A DNA stretch of 64,000 nucleotides from Octopus vulgaris (lineage: Eukaryota). Under the pieces are notes generated by a model. The model worked only from the letters and a program-made list of their open reading frames with translations, made no database searches and was not told the DNA's origin. This document shows, in pieces, positions 16,715 through 31,364 of this stretch. The translations under genes were made by a program, and so were the position numbers. The stretch spans positions 76,322,001 to 76,386,000 of the forward strand of contig OX597831.1 in the NCBI GenBank assembly GCA_951406725.2. The letters are read 5' to 3'. Every line of letters begins with the position of its first letter. Position 1 is the stretch's first letter.

Positions 16715-17085
16715 CACACACACACACACACACATACATATTCGAAATGAAGCACATATACAGAAAGACACATAAACACATACAGGCTTGTACACAAACG
16801 CGTACACATATAGACACACACACACACAAACACACACACACATACATATTCGAAATGAAGCACATATACAGAAAGACACATAAACACATACAGGCTTGTA
16901 CACAAACGCGTACACATATAGACACACACACACACACGTTCACACACACAAACACACACACACATACATATTCGAAATGAAGCACATATACAGAAAGACA
17001 CATAAACACATATAGGCTTGTACACAAACGCGTACACATATAGACACACACACACACACGTTCACACACACAAATACACACACAC
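16715..17085. repeat. Minisatellite, 3 x ~110-120 bp
   Basis: Unit TTCGAAATGAAGCACATATACAGAAAGACACATAAACACATACAGGCTTGTACACAAACGCGT repeated, plus a decayed fourth unit. Confidence 0.9.
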
Positions 17086-17424
17086 ACACACAAATATGCA
17101 GAAATATACATAAACACATATATACACAAATAGACTCGTACACAAACACGTACACATGTTCCCATATAGACACACACACACACACACACACTCATGTATA
17201 TAGAGAGACGTGTGCACACGCTCACACATACAGCCATATAAGCATATACACGCTCACGTATAGCGACTTACACACACACAACACACACACACACACATAC
17301 ACACATAAACACACACACACATACACACACAAACACACACACACACACACACACAACACACACACACATGCACACATACACACACAAACACACACATACA
17401 CACACACACAAACACACATACACA

Positions 17425-17470
<46 letters not shown>

Positions 17471-17513
17471 TACACACACACTCAACACACACACACATAC
17501 ACACATACACACA

Positions 17514-17604
<91 letters not shown>

Positions 17605-17668
17605 ACATACACACACAAACACACACATACACACACACACAGTACACACACATACACACATACACACA

Positions 17669-17723
<55 letters not shown>

Positions 17724-17767
17724 ACATACACACACACACAATACACACACATATACACATACACACA

Positions 17768-17854
<87 letters not shown>

Positions 17855-19810
17855 TTAGACGCGTTCCAGTGTTTGCGGGATTAATGTTTAACTGAAGGTT
17901 TTATTGCCTAATTTTGTTGATGCTAAACAATGCTGTTGATGTGGTTGTTGTTGGTGTTGTTGGTGTTGTAGTATTTATAGAAAGTGGCGGGGGGGGAGCA
18001 TGGTATGTGTGTGTGTGTATGTGCTGTGGTGGTGGTGGTGGTGGTGGTGGTGGTGAAGTGTTCAATCGAAACTCGTGACATGTTTTTATTTTTTGTTTTT
18101 GCTGGATTTTTTTTTAATGTTTATTTTTATATTTATTATTTATTTGAAAAAAAGATACATATATATATATTTTTTTTTAATATTTTTATATTTTTATTTA
18201 CCCACTCACCGCCAACCCCAACCCACCCCAACGCACCACCCTTCTCTCCACCCACTACCTTTCGCTCCGTCCACCCCGAAGGCATTAAACAGGGTAAGTG
18301 AAGCGGTTATAACGAGGACACGAAACCGGGTCACGGGACACTAAAAAAATTTCTTTTGTCAAGGCAAAAATCTAGTTCAATGATGTTTTTTTCACAGGGT
18401 CAAGTGCATATAAGTGTATGTAGGTGTACATGTGTACGATGTGACGTACAGTATGTATGTGTGTGTATATGTATGTACATGCATGTATGTGTATGTATGT
18501 GTGTATATGTGCGGCATGACGTATTTGATACGAGGATGATGGCAATTACGATGATCTATGTGTATATCTATGTCTGTGTGTGTAAAATTATGTTGTTTTG
18601 TCTGTGAATATTAGGGGCTGCTTTTTGCTAACCCTTTTTTAGGGATTTTCATTTTTCAATGTGATGATTTGTTTTTCGGAAGCTATTTCTGAAATTTTCA
18701 ACTGTTACCATTCTTTTTTTTTTTTTTTTTTTGCTTCGAATTCTTAGCAAGTTCGAAAATTCCGATGGCAACGGAAGGTTCTGAAAGAGAACGTGTTGCG
18801 CATCGAGATTCCCTTTCATCTTCTCATTGTTTTTTTCTTCTTTCATTCTTCTATACTTTTGTTCTCTTATTCTTGTACTTGTTTCAGTCTTCAGACTGCG
18901 GCCATGCTGGAGCAACGCACTGAAGAAGTTTAGTCGAACGAATCGACCCCACCACCCGCCACCCAGTACTCATTTACAAAACAAAAGAGAAATACTGGTA
19001 TATATATTTGATCATACACCTATGACGAACCGCTACGTTACTGGGACGTAAACACACCAACACAGGTTATCAAGTGATGATGAAGAACAAACACAAACAA
19101 ACAAACACGCACACACGCACACACTCACACATGTAAAAGCGTATCTTTGATATATGTCAGAGGAAGTACCATTCTAATGTCTAAAACCGCAAATGTTACG
19201 TAAATTTTCGCTTAGAATTTTTGCGCAAACTGGCGTTGAAAGCAAAGTTGGAACAGAAACAATTGTAGCTGATCGTTAAAGAGATGTTAAAGGATTTCTT
19301 TGTCTTCTTATTCGAAACCTGTCGTATACATGTATGTATGTATGTATGCATGCATGCATGTATGTACGGCTGGATTATGCATGTCGTTATTCAGCTTTGG
19401 TCTCAAGATTTCTTGCCATAAGAGAAAGAGCCGGTTTCTAGCCTAGATCTAAGGTTCCTTCATTGGAATTTTAAAACCAGCAACAGGAAATTTATGTATG
19501 TATGCATACAGACACACACATACACATATACATACACACACAAACATACATACATACATACATACATACATACATACATACATACATACATACATACATA
19601 CATACATACATACATACATACATACATACAAGGGACGTGCCGCCTAGGTAGGCCAGTTAGGCAGTGCATGCCTTGAATAAAATAGATTGATAGCAACATT
19701 TTCCTCTCGTGGCAAAATATGCACTTAATTCAATAAAATTATGAAGGTTAGTCTGATTACTCTACATAAAATGCAAAATATTTTATTCTTCTGTAAATTA
19801 GGCAGGCATA

Positions 19811-21103
19811 CGAGGGGCGTTCAATAAGTAATGCCCCTGACCCACTTCCCATAGCAGTAGAGCAACGAAACTTGGCACAGTTATTAGTCTTTTTCTACAT
19901 AGGAACCACCCAGAGTTACGCATTTCTACCATCGTTTGATGCAGCTCTGGAGACCGTTTTTGTAGAAGACCCCAGCTTGGTCCTCCAACCTGAACGTGAC
20001 TTCAGAAATCAAGGCTGCATCATCTGGGAAACGTTTTCCTTTCAAAAACAACTTCATGTCTGGGAAGAGGTGAAAATCAGAGGGTGCAATGTCAGGAAAG
20101 TAGGGGGGATGGGGGATGAGTTCATAGCCACACGCCTGTGCTTCTGATCTGGCGACAAGCGAGTTGTGGACCGGAGCGTTGTCCTGCAGGAGGAGGATGC
20201 CTTTGCTGATCTTGCCCCGCCTCTTGATTTTGATAACTTCTCTTAATTTCCTCAGAAGTGAAGCATAATAGGCTCCTGCAATTGTGGTACCCTTTGCCAG
20301 GAAATCTGTTATCACTACTCCGTCCTGGTCCCAGAAGACTGTGAGCATGACCTTGCCAGCGGAGGGCTGCACCCTTGCCTTCTTTGGAGGGGGCGAGTCA
20401 CGGTGCTTCCACTGCATTGACTGGGCTTTGGTCTCTGGATCATGGTGATGGACCCAGGTTTCATCCTGTGTGATCAGTCTTTTGAAAAATTTTGACTCAT
20501 CTTCTTGGCACATCTCCAAATTCATCCTCGAGCACTCGACGCGTTCTCGCTTCTGGAAAGGCGTGAGCAACCTGGGAATCCATCTGGCAGACACCTTTTG
20601 CATATGCAAATGGTCATGAATGATAGTTTCCACAGATCCGGTACTAATCTTGACCTCATGGGCTATTTGGCGAATAATTATGCGTCAATCTTCCAAAATG
20701 GCAACCTGAACTTGACGGACAGATGCCTCATCAATGGCAGAAGAGGGCGACCAGATCTGGGAGCTGTTTCAACAGAGTTCCGACCATGTTTGAATTCACG
20801 ATGCCAGCGTTTTACAAGGTCATATGATGGGGCATTATCACAATAAGTTACTTTCATTTCATCAAAAGTCTCCCGTGGTGTGCGTCCTTTCAAATACAAA
20901 AACCGGATCACTGCTCGACATTCAACAGACTCCATTTCACACTTGACTCAGTTCAAACACCTGTAAATCAGAAACCACAATTAGTTCAGAGCTGTAATTT
21001 GTCACTTACTCTATAGAGATATAAATAATTGCACATGCAAAAATTTCAGCTAGATCAAACAACTGCAAATGGGTCAGAGGCATTACTTATTGAACGTCCC
21101 TCG
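19811..21103 (-). mobile_element. Full-length (~1.29 kb) mariner DNA transposon
   Basis: TIRs CGAGGGGCGTTCAATAAGTAATGCCCCTGACCCA / TGGGTCAGAGGCATTACTTATTGAACGTCCCTCG, TA on both sides, internal transposase on minus strand. Confidence 0.95.
19926..20935 (-). pseudogene. mariner DD34D transposase, frameshifted (irritans/Himar-like motifs)
   Basis: ORF 20678-20935 gives the N-terminal HTH (RAVIRFLYLKG..VKRWHREFKHGR..APRSGRP). ORF 19926-20633 gives WIPRLL, TQDETWVHH, QDNAPVH..PHPPYFPDIAPSDFHLF, with 34 residues between the last two Asp. Confidence 0.92.
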
Positions 21104-21437
21104 TAATTCGCCCTCTGCCTTTCGGTCTCAGTATTTAAGCTACACACAGTATTGCTGTAGTACACGTGATGTGTGCACTCCTACAACACTGTTTTCTTTA
21201 TGTGATATAAAGGCAGAAGTAGTCTTGCGCTTGTGTTTCGCTTATTTTTTCTGTCTTGCTACATAAACGTCACCAATTACCTATCCTGAGTAATTACTTA
21301 CGGCACATGTATGTATGTATGTATGTATGTATGTATGTATGTATGCATGTATGTATGTATGTATGTATGTATGTATGTATGTATGTATGTATGTATGTAT
21401 GTATGTATGTATGTATGTATGCATGTGTGTGTGTATG

Positions 21438-21461
<24 letters not shown>

Positions 21462-21468
<7 letters not shown>

Positions 21469-21655
21469 CACACTACCTAAATACCAATCTTGAGAAATTA
21501 GGTTTCCCAAAACCAGAAAGGAGAAAGCTAATTCGAAGACTACAGACCCAATCCATCACTGGAACTGTAAAAATCTACAAAACTTTCCAGATTTTTATCA
21601 TTTAAATATATAAAGGCATGTCTAGATATGCGACTATATGCATGAGAATACATAC
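21462..21655 (+). mobile_element. Short 3' copy of the (TACA)n-tailed R4/Dong family
   Basis: Near-identical to 35736-35930 (VTHYLNTNLEKLGFPKPERRKLIRRLQ..), followed by (CATA)n. Confidence 0.85.
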
Positions 21656-24600
21656 ATAAATACATACATACATACATACATACATACATACATACATACA
21701 TACATACATACATACATACATACATACATACATACATACATACAAATATACATACATACATACATACTTACATACATACAAACATACAAAAATACCCTGT
21801 TGTTGATGTTGACAATCCAATGAAGAAGGAACCTTGGATCAGGGTTAGAAACCGTTTCTTTCTCTATTGGCAAGAAATCTTGAAATAAACGGAATAATGT
21901 CATACATACATACATACAAACATACGACGGGCTTCCTTCAGTTTCTGTGTATGATATCCACTCACAAAATTTTGGTTGGTCTGAGGCTATATAGCAGAAG
22001 ATACTCACCCAATGTACCATGCCGTAGGACTGAACCTGGAACCATGTGGCTGAGAAGCAAACTTCTTACCACACGGCCATACTTGCACCTATTTTGCTCA
22101 TAATATTTTCTATACAATATTTGCCCCAAACAAGGGTCGAGGCTTCTGTAGTAAAAGGGACTACAAAGAAAGAAGATGAGGAGCGTACAAATCCAAAAGA
22201 TGTCGACTGACAGAAATCTCTGCCCTTTGCCTGTATTATGTAATACATGGAAATATTCCCTTGGTGTCTATGCATTTTGTATGATACACATTCGTTGTAT
22301 TTTTGAACCACCGGAGTAACTTGGAGCTTGTGAAAGGAAAGCTTCAGAACGTATGAAGAGAGGGATAATTAAAAATCTGAAACCAATCATGGACGTTTAG
22401 GACAAATTTATGAAAACACTTTTGGAGTGGGAATGAGTTAAAGGCCTGAATATCATAGAACAGGGGAAAATAAGACAAAGGTAGCAAGTTCCTTTCTTAG
22501 GATAAAAGGATTTATGACTAACTGGAAGCTCAATAGAGAAACGATCTGCCGGGAAAGAAAGCGAATGACAAGTTGAAAGGTCTTGACAGAAGGTACTTGG
22601 TTAGAAAGTTCATCAGAGCAATATTTTTATTTATGCGCCCTTTTCAAGCCTAGCCAGGCTCATGGGCCCGATTTCCCGGTTTCTGTGGCGTATGTGTTCC
22701 CCCCAGCTGGACGGGACGCCAGTCCATCGCAGCGTTACTCAAGAAACAGGAAGAGAGAGTGAGAGAAAGTTGTGGCGAAAGAGTACAACAGGAGTTGCCA
22801 CCATCCCGCACCGGAGCCTCGTGGAGCTTTAGGTGTTTTCGCTCAATAAACACACAACGCCCGGTCTGGGAATCGAAACCTCGATCCTCCGACCGCGTGT
22901 CCGCTGCTCTAACCACTGGGCCATTGCACAAAATGCTAATGCATGCATCTAAAGTTCATCAGTGCAATAACCATGGAAAATTGATTGTAAAAACATAACA
23001 AAGATATATTGTGACGATGGGGGCGCCACTCCTTCAGTCTCTTTCTTCCTTTAAAGCAGATATATCACACTCTGACGTCCATAAGCTAAATCTGCAAGTC
23101 AGCAGTTTCTTTGCAATTGCAGTGTTGACCAATGGCACTCCGTCGGTTACGACGACGACTGTTCCAGTTGATCCGATTAACTGATAGCCAGCTGGTAAAA
23201 TTAACGTGCATGTGGCTGAGTACTCCACAGAATCGCGTAGCTCTAATGCTGTTTTCATGGAGATTCAGTATGACACACAATGCAACAAGGCTGACCCATT
23301 GAAGTACAGGTACAACTCACTTACGTAAGGTGAGTGGACTGGAGCAACGTGAAATAAAGTGTCTTGCTCAAGAACACCAAAAATTGAATACACGACCTTA
23401 CGATCGGGAGCCGGATACCCTAACCACTAAACCACGATCCTCAATTATTGGATTTCCAAATATTGTCCAAGAAGTGGTTACTCTATGACCACAGTTAATT
23501 GCTGCTTGCAGCTAAATCCAGGGCCCTCTGTCGTGATCCAAGCTGATTCAATTATGCAGTTTACTCTGGAGCCCTTGTACGTGCAGAAAACTTGGTGTAG
23601 TGTGAGTTAAGAGGTAACCCTTGCAACTGCTGCTGTTGCTGTTGCTGTTGAGTGAACGGTCTTCGTCCCAGAGCTCGCAAGATGGGAGAAGTACGAAACG
23701 TGGTCCTTTGCTATTCGTAAGACCCGCAGAAGAGAAAGCAGGTCAACCCCCGACACCGAGAGCATCGACGGATGGACGAATGCGCATCCAGGCTCAGCGG
23801 TTGCGTAGGAAGTCGGGGACAAGAAACTGAAGAAAGAGTGAGAGGAAGTTGGGGGCGAAAGAGTGCAACAGGTGTCGCCACCAACCCCTGCCGGAGCATC
23901 GTGGAGCTTTAGGTGTTTACGCTCAACATACACACACAACGCCCGGTCTGGGAATCGAAACCGCGAATCCGCTGCCCTAACCATTGGGCCATTGCGCCTC
24001 TATTTGCTCTATTACATCCTACTATCCCAGGTAACACGACAACACACTTCACTACATGTCCTATATTACACCGCACCACGCTACACTTCGCCATACCACA
24101 CTTCACCACATCACGCTATACCACACTAGATTTACATTACAATGTACTCCTCTACAACACCAGACTATATCACATCACACTACGCTTACACTAAATTATA
24201 CCATACTACACCAAAGCGCGTGGAGGCACATGGCCTAGTGATTAGAGCAGCGGACTCGCGGTTGAGGGATCGCGGGTTCGAATCTCAGACCGAGTGACGT
24301 GTGTATTTATGATCGAAACACCGAAGATCCACGCGGCCCCGGCAGAAGGTAGTGGCGAACTTCTGCTGACTCTTTGGCCACGATGTTCTCTCATTTTTTC
24401 CTCTTGCATCTTGCAGCTCACTGCGACGGACCGGCGTCCCGTCCAGGTGGGGAACCTATACGCCAAGGAAACCGGAAAACCAGCCCCAATGAGGCAGGCG
24501 TGGCTCGAGAAGGAACAAGCAAACACCAAGCGCACCAACTCACACTGTACAATGCGCTGCACCGCACTGTACTCTATACCAGGGTTTCTGAACCACTTTC

Positions 24601-24734
24601 TTTCCTCTTATCTATGGACCTCTTTGATTACTGTTTCATTCGGGTGGATCCCCTTGGCCAGTCGATGGTTAAAAACTACTTTTATATACACTATTTACAT
24701 TTGATGGATATTTGTCCTCCTCTTGTTTGTTGTT

Positions 24735-24780
24735 GACACAACGTTTCGGCTGATATACCCTCCAGCTTTCATCAGGTGTC
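24735..24780 (-). ncRNA. Minimal hammerhead motif (left arm)
   Basis: Minus strand reads GACAC CTGATGA a AGCTG..CAGCC GAAAC GTT GTGTC; perfect 5-bp stem I, palindromic AACGTT. Confidence 0.75.
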
Positions 24781-24843
24781 TTGGGGTAATTTCGAACCTG
24801 GGTTCTCATTCCTAAGGTATTTTTTGACGTTCTTCTTCTTCTT

Positions 24844-24960
<117 letters not shown>

Positions 24961-25077
24961 GTTATTGTTATTTTTCAGGTCACTGCTTGGAATCGAACAT
25001 ATGACGTAAGTGGTTAAGTGCACGGGCTACTAACCCCAATATTCCGAGTTCGATTCCAGGCAATGACCTGAATAATG

Positions 25078-25180
<103 letters not shown>

Positions 25181-25254
25181 TAACAACAACAACAACAACT
25201 ACAACATCGAAAAATACCTTAGGAATGAGAACCCATATTCGAAATTTCCCCCAA

Positions 25255-25300
25255 GACACCTGATGAAGACTGGAGGGTATATCAGCTGAAATGTTGTGTT
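25255..25300 (+). ncRNA. Minimal hammerhead motif (right arm, more decayed)
   Basis: GACAC CTGATGA a GACTG..CAGCT GAAAT GTT GTGTT. Confidence 0.65.
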
Positions 25301-25562
25301 AATAACAAACCAGATGAGGACAAATATCCGTCAAATGTAAATAATGTAAATAATGTACATAATTCCACGTCTCTAAAATATACAACTGTACTTCTATATA
25401 ATTATTTCTTTAAAAATTCCTATTTTGATTTCCCCACGTTCCATTGTGTAGGACGAACAATGTAAAACGTGGTTGTCAACCATTTTTTCTTTATCTGTGG
25501 ACTCCTTTGATTACTCTCATATTCTCGTGGACTCTCATAGTCATTCGATGTTTAAAAATTAG

Positions 25563-25770
25563 TTACTCTTTTACTTGTTTCAGTCATTTGACTGCGGCCA
25601 TGCTGGAGCACAGCCTTTAGTCGAGCAAATCGACCCCAGGACTTATTCTTTGTAAGCCCAGTACTTATTCTATCGGTCTCTTTTGCCGAACCGCTAAGTG
25701 ACGGGGACGTAAACACACCAGCATCGGTTGTCAAGCAATGCTAGGGGGACAAACACAGACACACAAACAT

Positions 25771-25803
<33 letters not shown>

Positions 25804-25976
25804 CATATATACGACAGGCTTCTTTTCAGTTTCCGTCTACCAAATCCACTCACAAGGCATTGGTCGGCCCGAGGCTATAGTAGAAGACACTTGCCCAAGA
25901 TGCCACGCAGTGGGACTGAACCCGGAACCATGTGGTTGGTAAGCAAGCTATTTACCACACAGCCACTCCTGCGCCT
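25563..25976 (-). mobile_element. SINE family A
   Basis: Reverse complement of 58657-59065. Confidence 0.9.
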
Positions 25977-26418
25977 ATAGAAGTTGTATTGTTGTATAGA
26001 AACTTCTTTCAAAATTCCAATTTTATTTTCCACACATCAACTTGTGTAGGTTGAATTATGTAAAATGTTAGAGAAAGAAACCTCACTGTTTCTATCACTA
26101 AATAACAATGCATACATCTAAAGCAAAGCTTTTCGGGACCCCTTAAAATACTATTATGAATCCCCAATTTACTATTTTATCACGTGAACCTTCAAAAATC
26201 TTATATTGCCCCTCGGAAGCCATATGGGCCCCGGTTAAGAACAACTGATCTATACATTACAACACACAATAAACACTACAATACTTTAAAAAACTACACG
26301 GCACCACCCTACACAACACCAAACCATACTACATAACACTACAGCACAGCACACCATACTATACTCTATACGCGCTACATTAAACGGCAATCTTTCGGTG
26401 GTCACGGCAGTCCATTTT

Positions 26419-26655
26419 AAGGCGGCGAGCTGGCAGAGACGTTAGCACGCCGGGCGAAATGCGTAGCGGTGCTTCTTCTGCCGCTACGTTCTGAGTTCAA
26501 ATTCCGCCGAGGTCAACTTTGCCTTTCATCCTTTCGGGGTCGATTAAATAAGTACCAGTTACGCACTGGGGTCGACATAATCGACTTAATTCGTTTGTCT
26601 GTCCTTGGTTGTCACCTCTGTGTTTAGCCCCTTGTGGGTAGTAAAGAAATAGGTA
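26419..26655 (+). mobile_element. SINE family B (others: 37605-37810 -, 53800-53915 +, 56871-57270 +, 58232-58460 +, 62836-62960 +, 63790-63940 -)
   Basis: AAGGCGGCGAGCTGGCAG..GAGTTCAAATTCCGCCGAGGTCGACTTTGCCTTTCATCCTTTCGGGGTCG repeated across the window. Confidence 0.88.
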
Positions 26656-27071
26656 TTGGTACATGACGTAATTCACCCACGCATCGCCTTCTCTTGACAT
26701 ATATAGACTGGGCTGAAAAAGGGAGTGAATGACGTCATCTACTAATACCGAAAGATTTCCCAGCAAGCTGCACTACACCGTAGGGCTCTACACCACGCTA
26801 TGCCCGACACTACATTAGCACCACACCGTACTATACCCCATACAACCAGCACTTGAATACGACGCACCACATCACACTAGAACATACTGACTCACACCAC
26901 ACCACACCGCATGACACTTCACCGCCACCACCAACACCACAACACCATCACCAGCACCACCACTGACAGCACCACCACCAGCACCGCATGCAATCTCTTT
27001 CCACCCTCTTTTGTACTAGAATTTATAACTGAAATTCCGCCAAACCGAACTAAGGAACCAGCTAAGAATGA

Positions 27072-27163
<92 letters not shown>

Positions 27164-27218
27164 CATTGTGGCGTTGGTGGTGGTGGTGTTGGTGATGGTA
27201 ATTGTAGTAGTGTTAGTG

Positions 27219-27296
<78 letters not shown>

Positions 27297-27443
27297 GTGA
27301 TGGTGATGATAGCGATGATGAGGATGATGATGATTATGAGGAGGAGGATGGAGGATGTCGGCCAACTGACGGGAATTGAACTGTTATTTCCATTATCACC
27401 AACAAAGGAAACAGCAGCAACAACAACAACATCAAATACAACA

Positions 27444-27474
<31 letters not shown>

Positions 27475-27719
27475 CGGCAACAACCAAAAGCAACAAAAAC
27501 AAATATGAGATATAAATAATATATAACATAATATAAAACAGGCGCAACGCGTATGTGCGGGTGGTGTGTGTATGTGTGTGAGTGTGCGTGTGCGTGTGTA
27601 TGTGTATGTGTATGTGTGTGTGTGTGTGTGCAGGTATGTATGTGAATATGCTCACGTATAGCAATATGTGGATTTGTGGATTTGTATGTATGCATGTATG
27701 TATGTATGTATGAATGAAC

Positions 27720-27796
<77 letters not shown>

Positions 27797-27986
27797 TATG
27801 TATGCATGCATATGTGTATATATATATCTATATATATATACATATGTATATATAACTATATATATGTATGCATGCATGTATGTGTTTATATATATATATA
27901 TGTATTATATATATATATATATATACATATGTATATATATATATACATATGTATATATATCTATATACATAGATATATGTACACAC

Positions 27987-28019
<33 letters not shown>

Positions 28020-28508
28020 CATATATATATAGGTGTGTGTATATATTTGTCTATCCTGTATTGGTACATATATGTGTGTATGGACTGTATATATGTGTGT
28101 GTGTGTATGACCTGTATGCCAATGTATGTGTGTGTGTTACTTGTACTTTCTATCACCACTTTTAAACCTCAAAGTCAATGTTGCAGCTGCCCTTTGTTGA
28201 TATTTGCATAACTACCGCAGCATGCTGCGTTTTTATACATACAAGTGTATACAAACACACACACACACATGTGTATACATATACATATGTATATGTGTAT
28301 GTGCGTGTGTGATCATGTGTGTGTGTGTGTGTATATGTATAGATGTATATGGGGGAGGGGCAGAATGCACTTCCACAACCAAGAGCCATCGGTTAATTAC
28401 TTGGTTTCGATGAGTGATCAAAGGATAATATACCACACACACACACACGCACACACGTACACATACACGCATGTACATACATGCACACAAGCACCCAACT
28501 ACGCGTCG

Positions 28509-28548
<40 letters not shown>

Positions 28549-28859
28549 ATATATATATAGGCATTCGTGAGAGCGAGCGCACATGTTCGCGTACATACAA
28601 ACGTACTGAAAGATGAGCGTGTTTATGCTCATGCGTAAACACACGTACACACACACACACACACACATATATATTCACATACACACATACGCTTTTTACA
28701 TGTGTATATGTGCGTGCATGTTATACATTCGTGTGTGAGTGTATTTAAATTAAAATGCATACACAAGTACAATTCTTTACACACATAAATGTATACATCT
28801 GTGTATGTGTGTGTGAATGTATATATATATAAATATGTATCTGTAAATATGCATATATG

Positions 28860-28899
<40 letters not shown>

Positions 28900-29071
28900 G
28901 TTGTGTTTGTGTATGTATGTATGTATATATGTATGTATGTATATATGTATGTATGTATGTATGCATGTATGTATATGGATATCCGGTGCCATCCTTCTTT
29001 GAGTTCGACTGAGTTCACTTCCTGTAGAATTTCATGCCAGAACCCCCAACATCGGTTTGTCTTTCAGTTCA

Positions 29072-29162
<91 letters not shown>

Positions 29163-29635
29163 TTATTCTAATGTTTTAATGGTTTCAAGGCCGGAACAAG
29201 AAAGAATCTTTGAATAAATGCAAACTCAAGAAGTACATTTTCAGATCTTAATGTTAGTCTTATGCCATACTATGGCACTTATCAGCAATTACTTACGTTT
29301 CACATGCATATCACCGTCACTTAGTAGTTCGGTAAAAAGAGATCAACAGAAAAAGTGTTGGAATTGAGAAAAAAATAATCCTTCGGGTCGATTTGTTTGA
29401 GTTAGTCCTTAAAGACGGTACCCCACCATGGCTTGAGTCCATGAAACAGATGTAAGAATAAAAATATAAGAAACAAATATTAAAGGAATTTCTCTTTCAA
29501 TACAAAGGCGAAATTTGAACCCAAGATCAAGGAGCTTAAACACAGCACAACTACTTGGCAGTCTTACTTAATATTCGTGACTGATGGTTGTTTTATCTAC
29601 CTATACTATACTGTAATATTTATATATATATATAT

Positions 29636-29718
<83 letters not shown>

Positions 29719-29746
29719 GATAGATAGATAGACAGATAGATAGATA

Positions 29747-30170
29747 TAAGAGGGATGACCACTAAGTGGACGGCATGATTTACTGCAGAAAATTATTTTC
29801 TGCAGAGTTATTTCCGGGTTTTTGGCGCGCCAAAACGAAAACATTTCAAATAGACCCCCCAAATGTAATTGGCTAAACTATATGCATGTTCGTTCTCGTG
29901 TGGACGTCTCGTGTTTAGTTCTGCAATTTATATTTTGCTATGACGGTCATACTGAGGAGTTGCGGACATTTACGTATGTAATTATGTAAGTGGTCACAAT
30001 GAAACCGGGTTCGTGACTAATCATTATATTTTGTAACTTTTCATTTCTCTTGCTCGCTTATGTTCTGGCGTTTGCTAAATTTTCGTGAGAACAATCTTTT
30101 CTTACTGGTCAGACCATATGGGGGTCTACTTCTAGCACATTGGATGTCCACTTAGTGGTCATCCCCCTTA
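29747..30170. mobile_element. MITE (superfamily unassigned)
   Basis: 25-bp TIR TAAGAGGGATGACCACTAAGTGGAC / GTCCACTTAGTGGTCATCCCCCTTA, AT flanks. Confidence 0.8.
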
Positions 30171-30287
30171 TATGTATGTAATATAATTTTTTCTTTATCT
30201 TCAGATATTTTTAGTATGCTAGGCCACTGGTTTAAATTGATGTTAATGAAATTAATATTCAGTTTTTTATGCTTATTATTATTTATA

Positions 30288-30338
<51 letters not shown>

Positions 30339-31364
30339 AAATAAAATACAAAAATAGGACAAGAACGCAAAACATCCACACAACTTGGTGATCAAAACTC
30401 CCAGACAGACGATACAAAGAAAACAAGGTTGGGTCATTCGAAGTTTCTCTTTCACTCAAGTCGAGTTCCAGATTATCTCTTTGCAATTTCGGCTGGTTAT
30501 ACTCGAGATTGCTCCAATCTGGCCAGCCCCAAGGAAAAACTAAGCTAAGAGCATTAGATTCCTTGGAAGAAAGCAGCAAATGTATACGAATATATATATG
30601 GAACAATTGTCCTCAGAAATTACATCTGATTGTCAGTTGAGGAGTTTGTTGGAGTTGCCAGGTCTTTCGGCGTAGCTGTATTTCTACTTCATTTGTTTCG
30701 ACGATGCTTCTACATCAACCATGACGGTGTGCCGCGTTGTTGTTCTGCCTTTTACCTTTTATTCTCTGGATGTAAAGTTGACGTCATTGCTTTTCATCGT
30801 TTATTTCGGGTGATCTTAGTAGCGTCGCATAGAGAAACCACGTGATCTTTTGCCTGTTCTGAGTTCACGGCAGAGGATTTGATTAATTTCTCGTTCAATA
30901 AAAGCTACAAAACTGGAATTAAGTAATATCAGCAAACACATGTCGTCACGGATTAAGGGTTCATTTTTTGCGTCTCCGGAAAATTGACCGGAAGAAATTT
31001 TCCGTATAAGAAAATTCTCATTAAAACAAATTCGCCATATGGCCAATGATATTAGCGTGTTTTAAAAATTTAAAACAAAAAAAAAAAATGATTGACAAAA
31101 GATTTTATTAAAGCATTAAATAGAGAAATCTTTATTAAAAAAAAAAAAAAAGAAAACGTTAAGTAGTCATTTAAAATGAATTTTCTAAAGGGGAATTTTC
31201 CTACGGCAAAATGTTCACGGCGAAATTTTTTATAATCCCATTTCTGTTTTATAAGCAGGCGAACAAATTGGATGAGTAGGTGCTTTAAATGAACAAACAC
31301 TCTAGTGAGTGTAGAAAAACGAGGATCACGGATGTGTGGACATTGTATTCTTCTGAAAGTCTTA

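Noticed and set aside
16715-17085. CRISPR-like repeat-spacer array
   Set aside because: The 'spacers' are only variable (CA)n; this is a eukaryotic minisatellite with no cas genes.
25005-25062. Functional tRNA gene (likewise all SINE heads)
   Set aside because: No acceptor stem or complete cloverleaf; these are tRNA-derived repeat heads.
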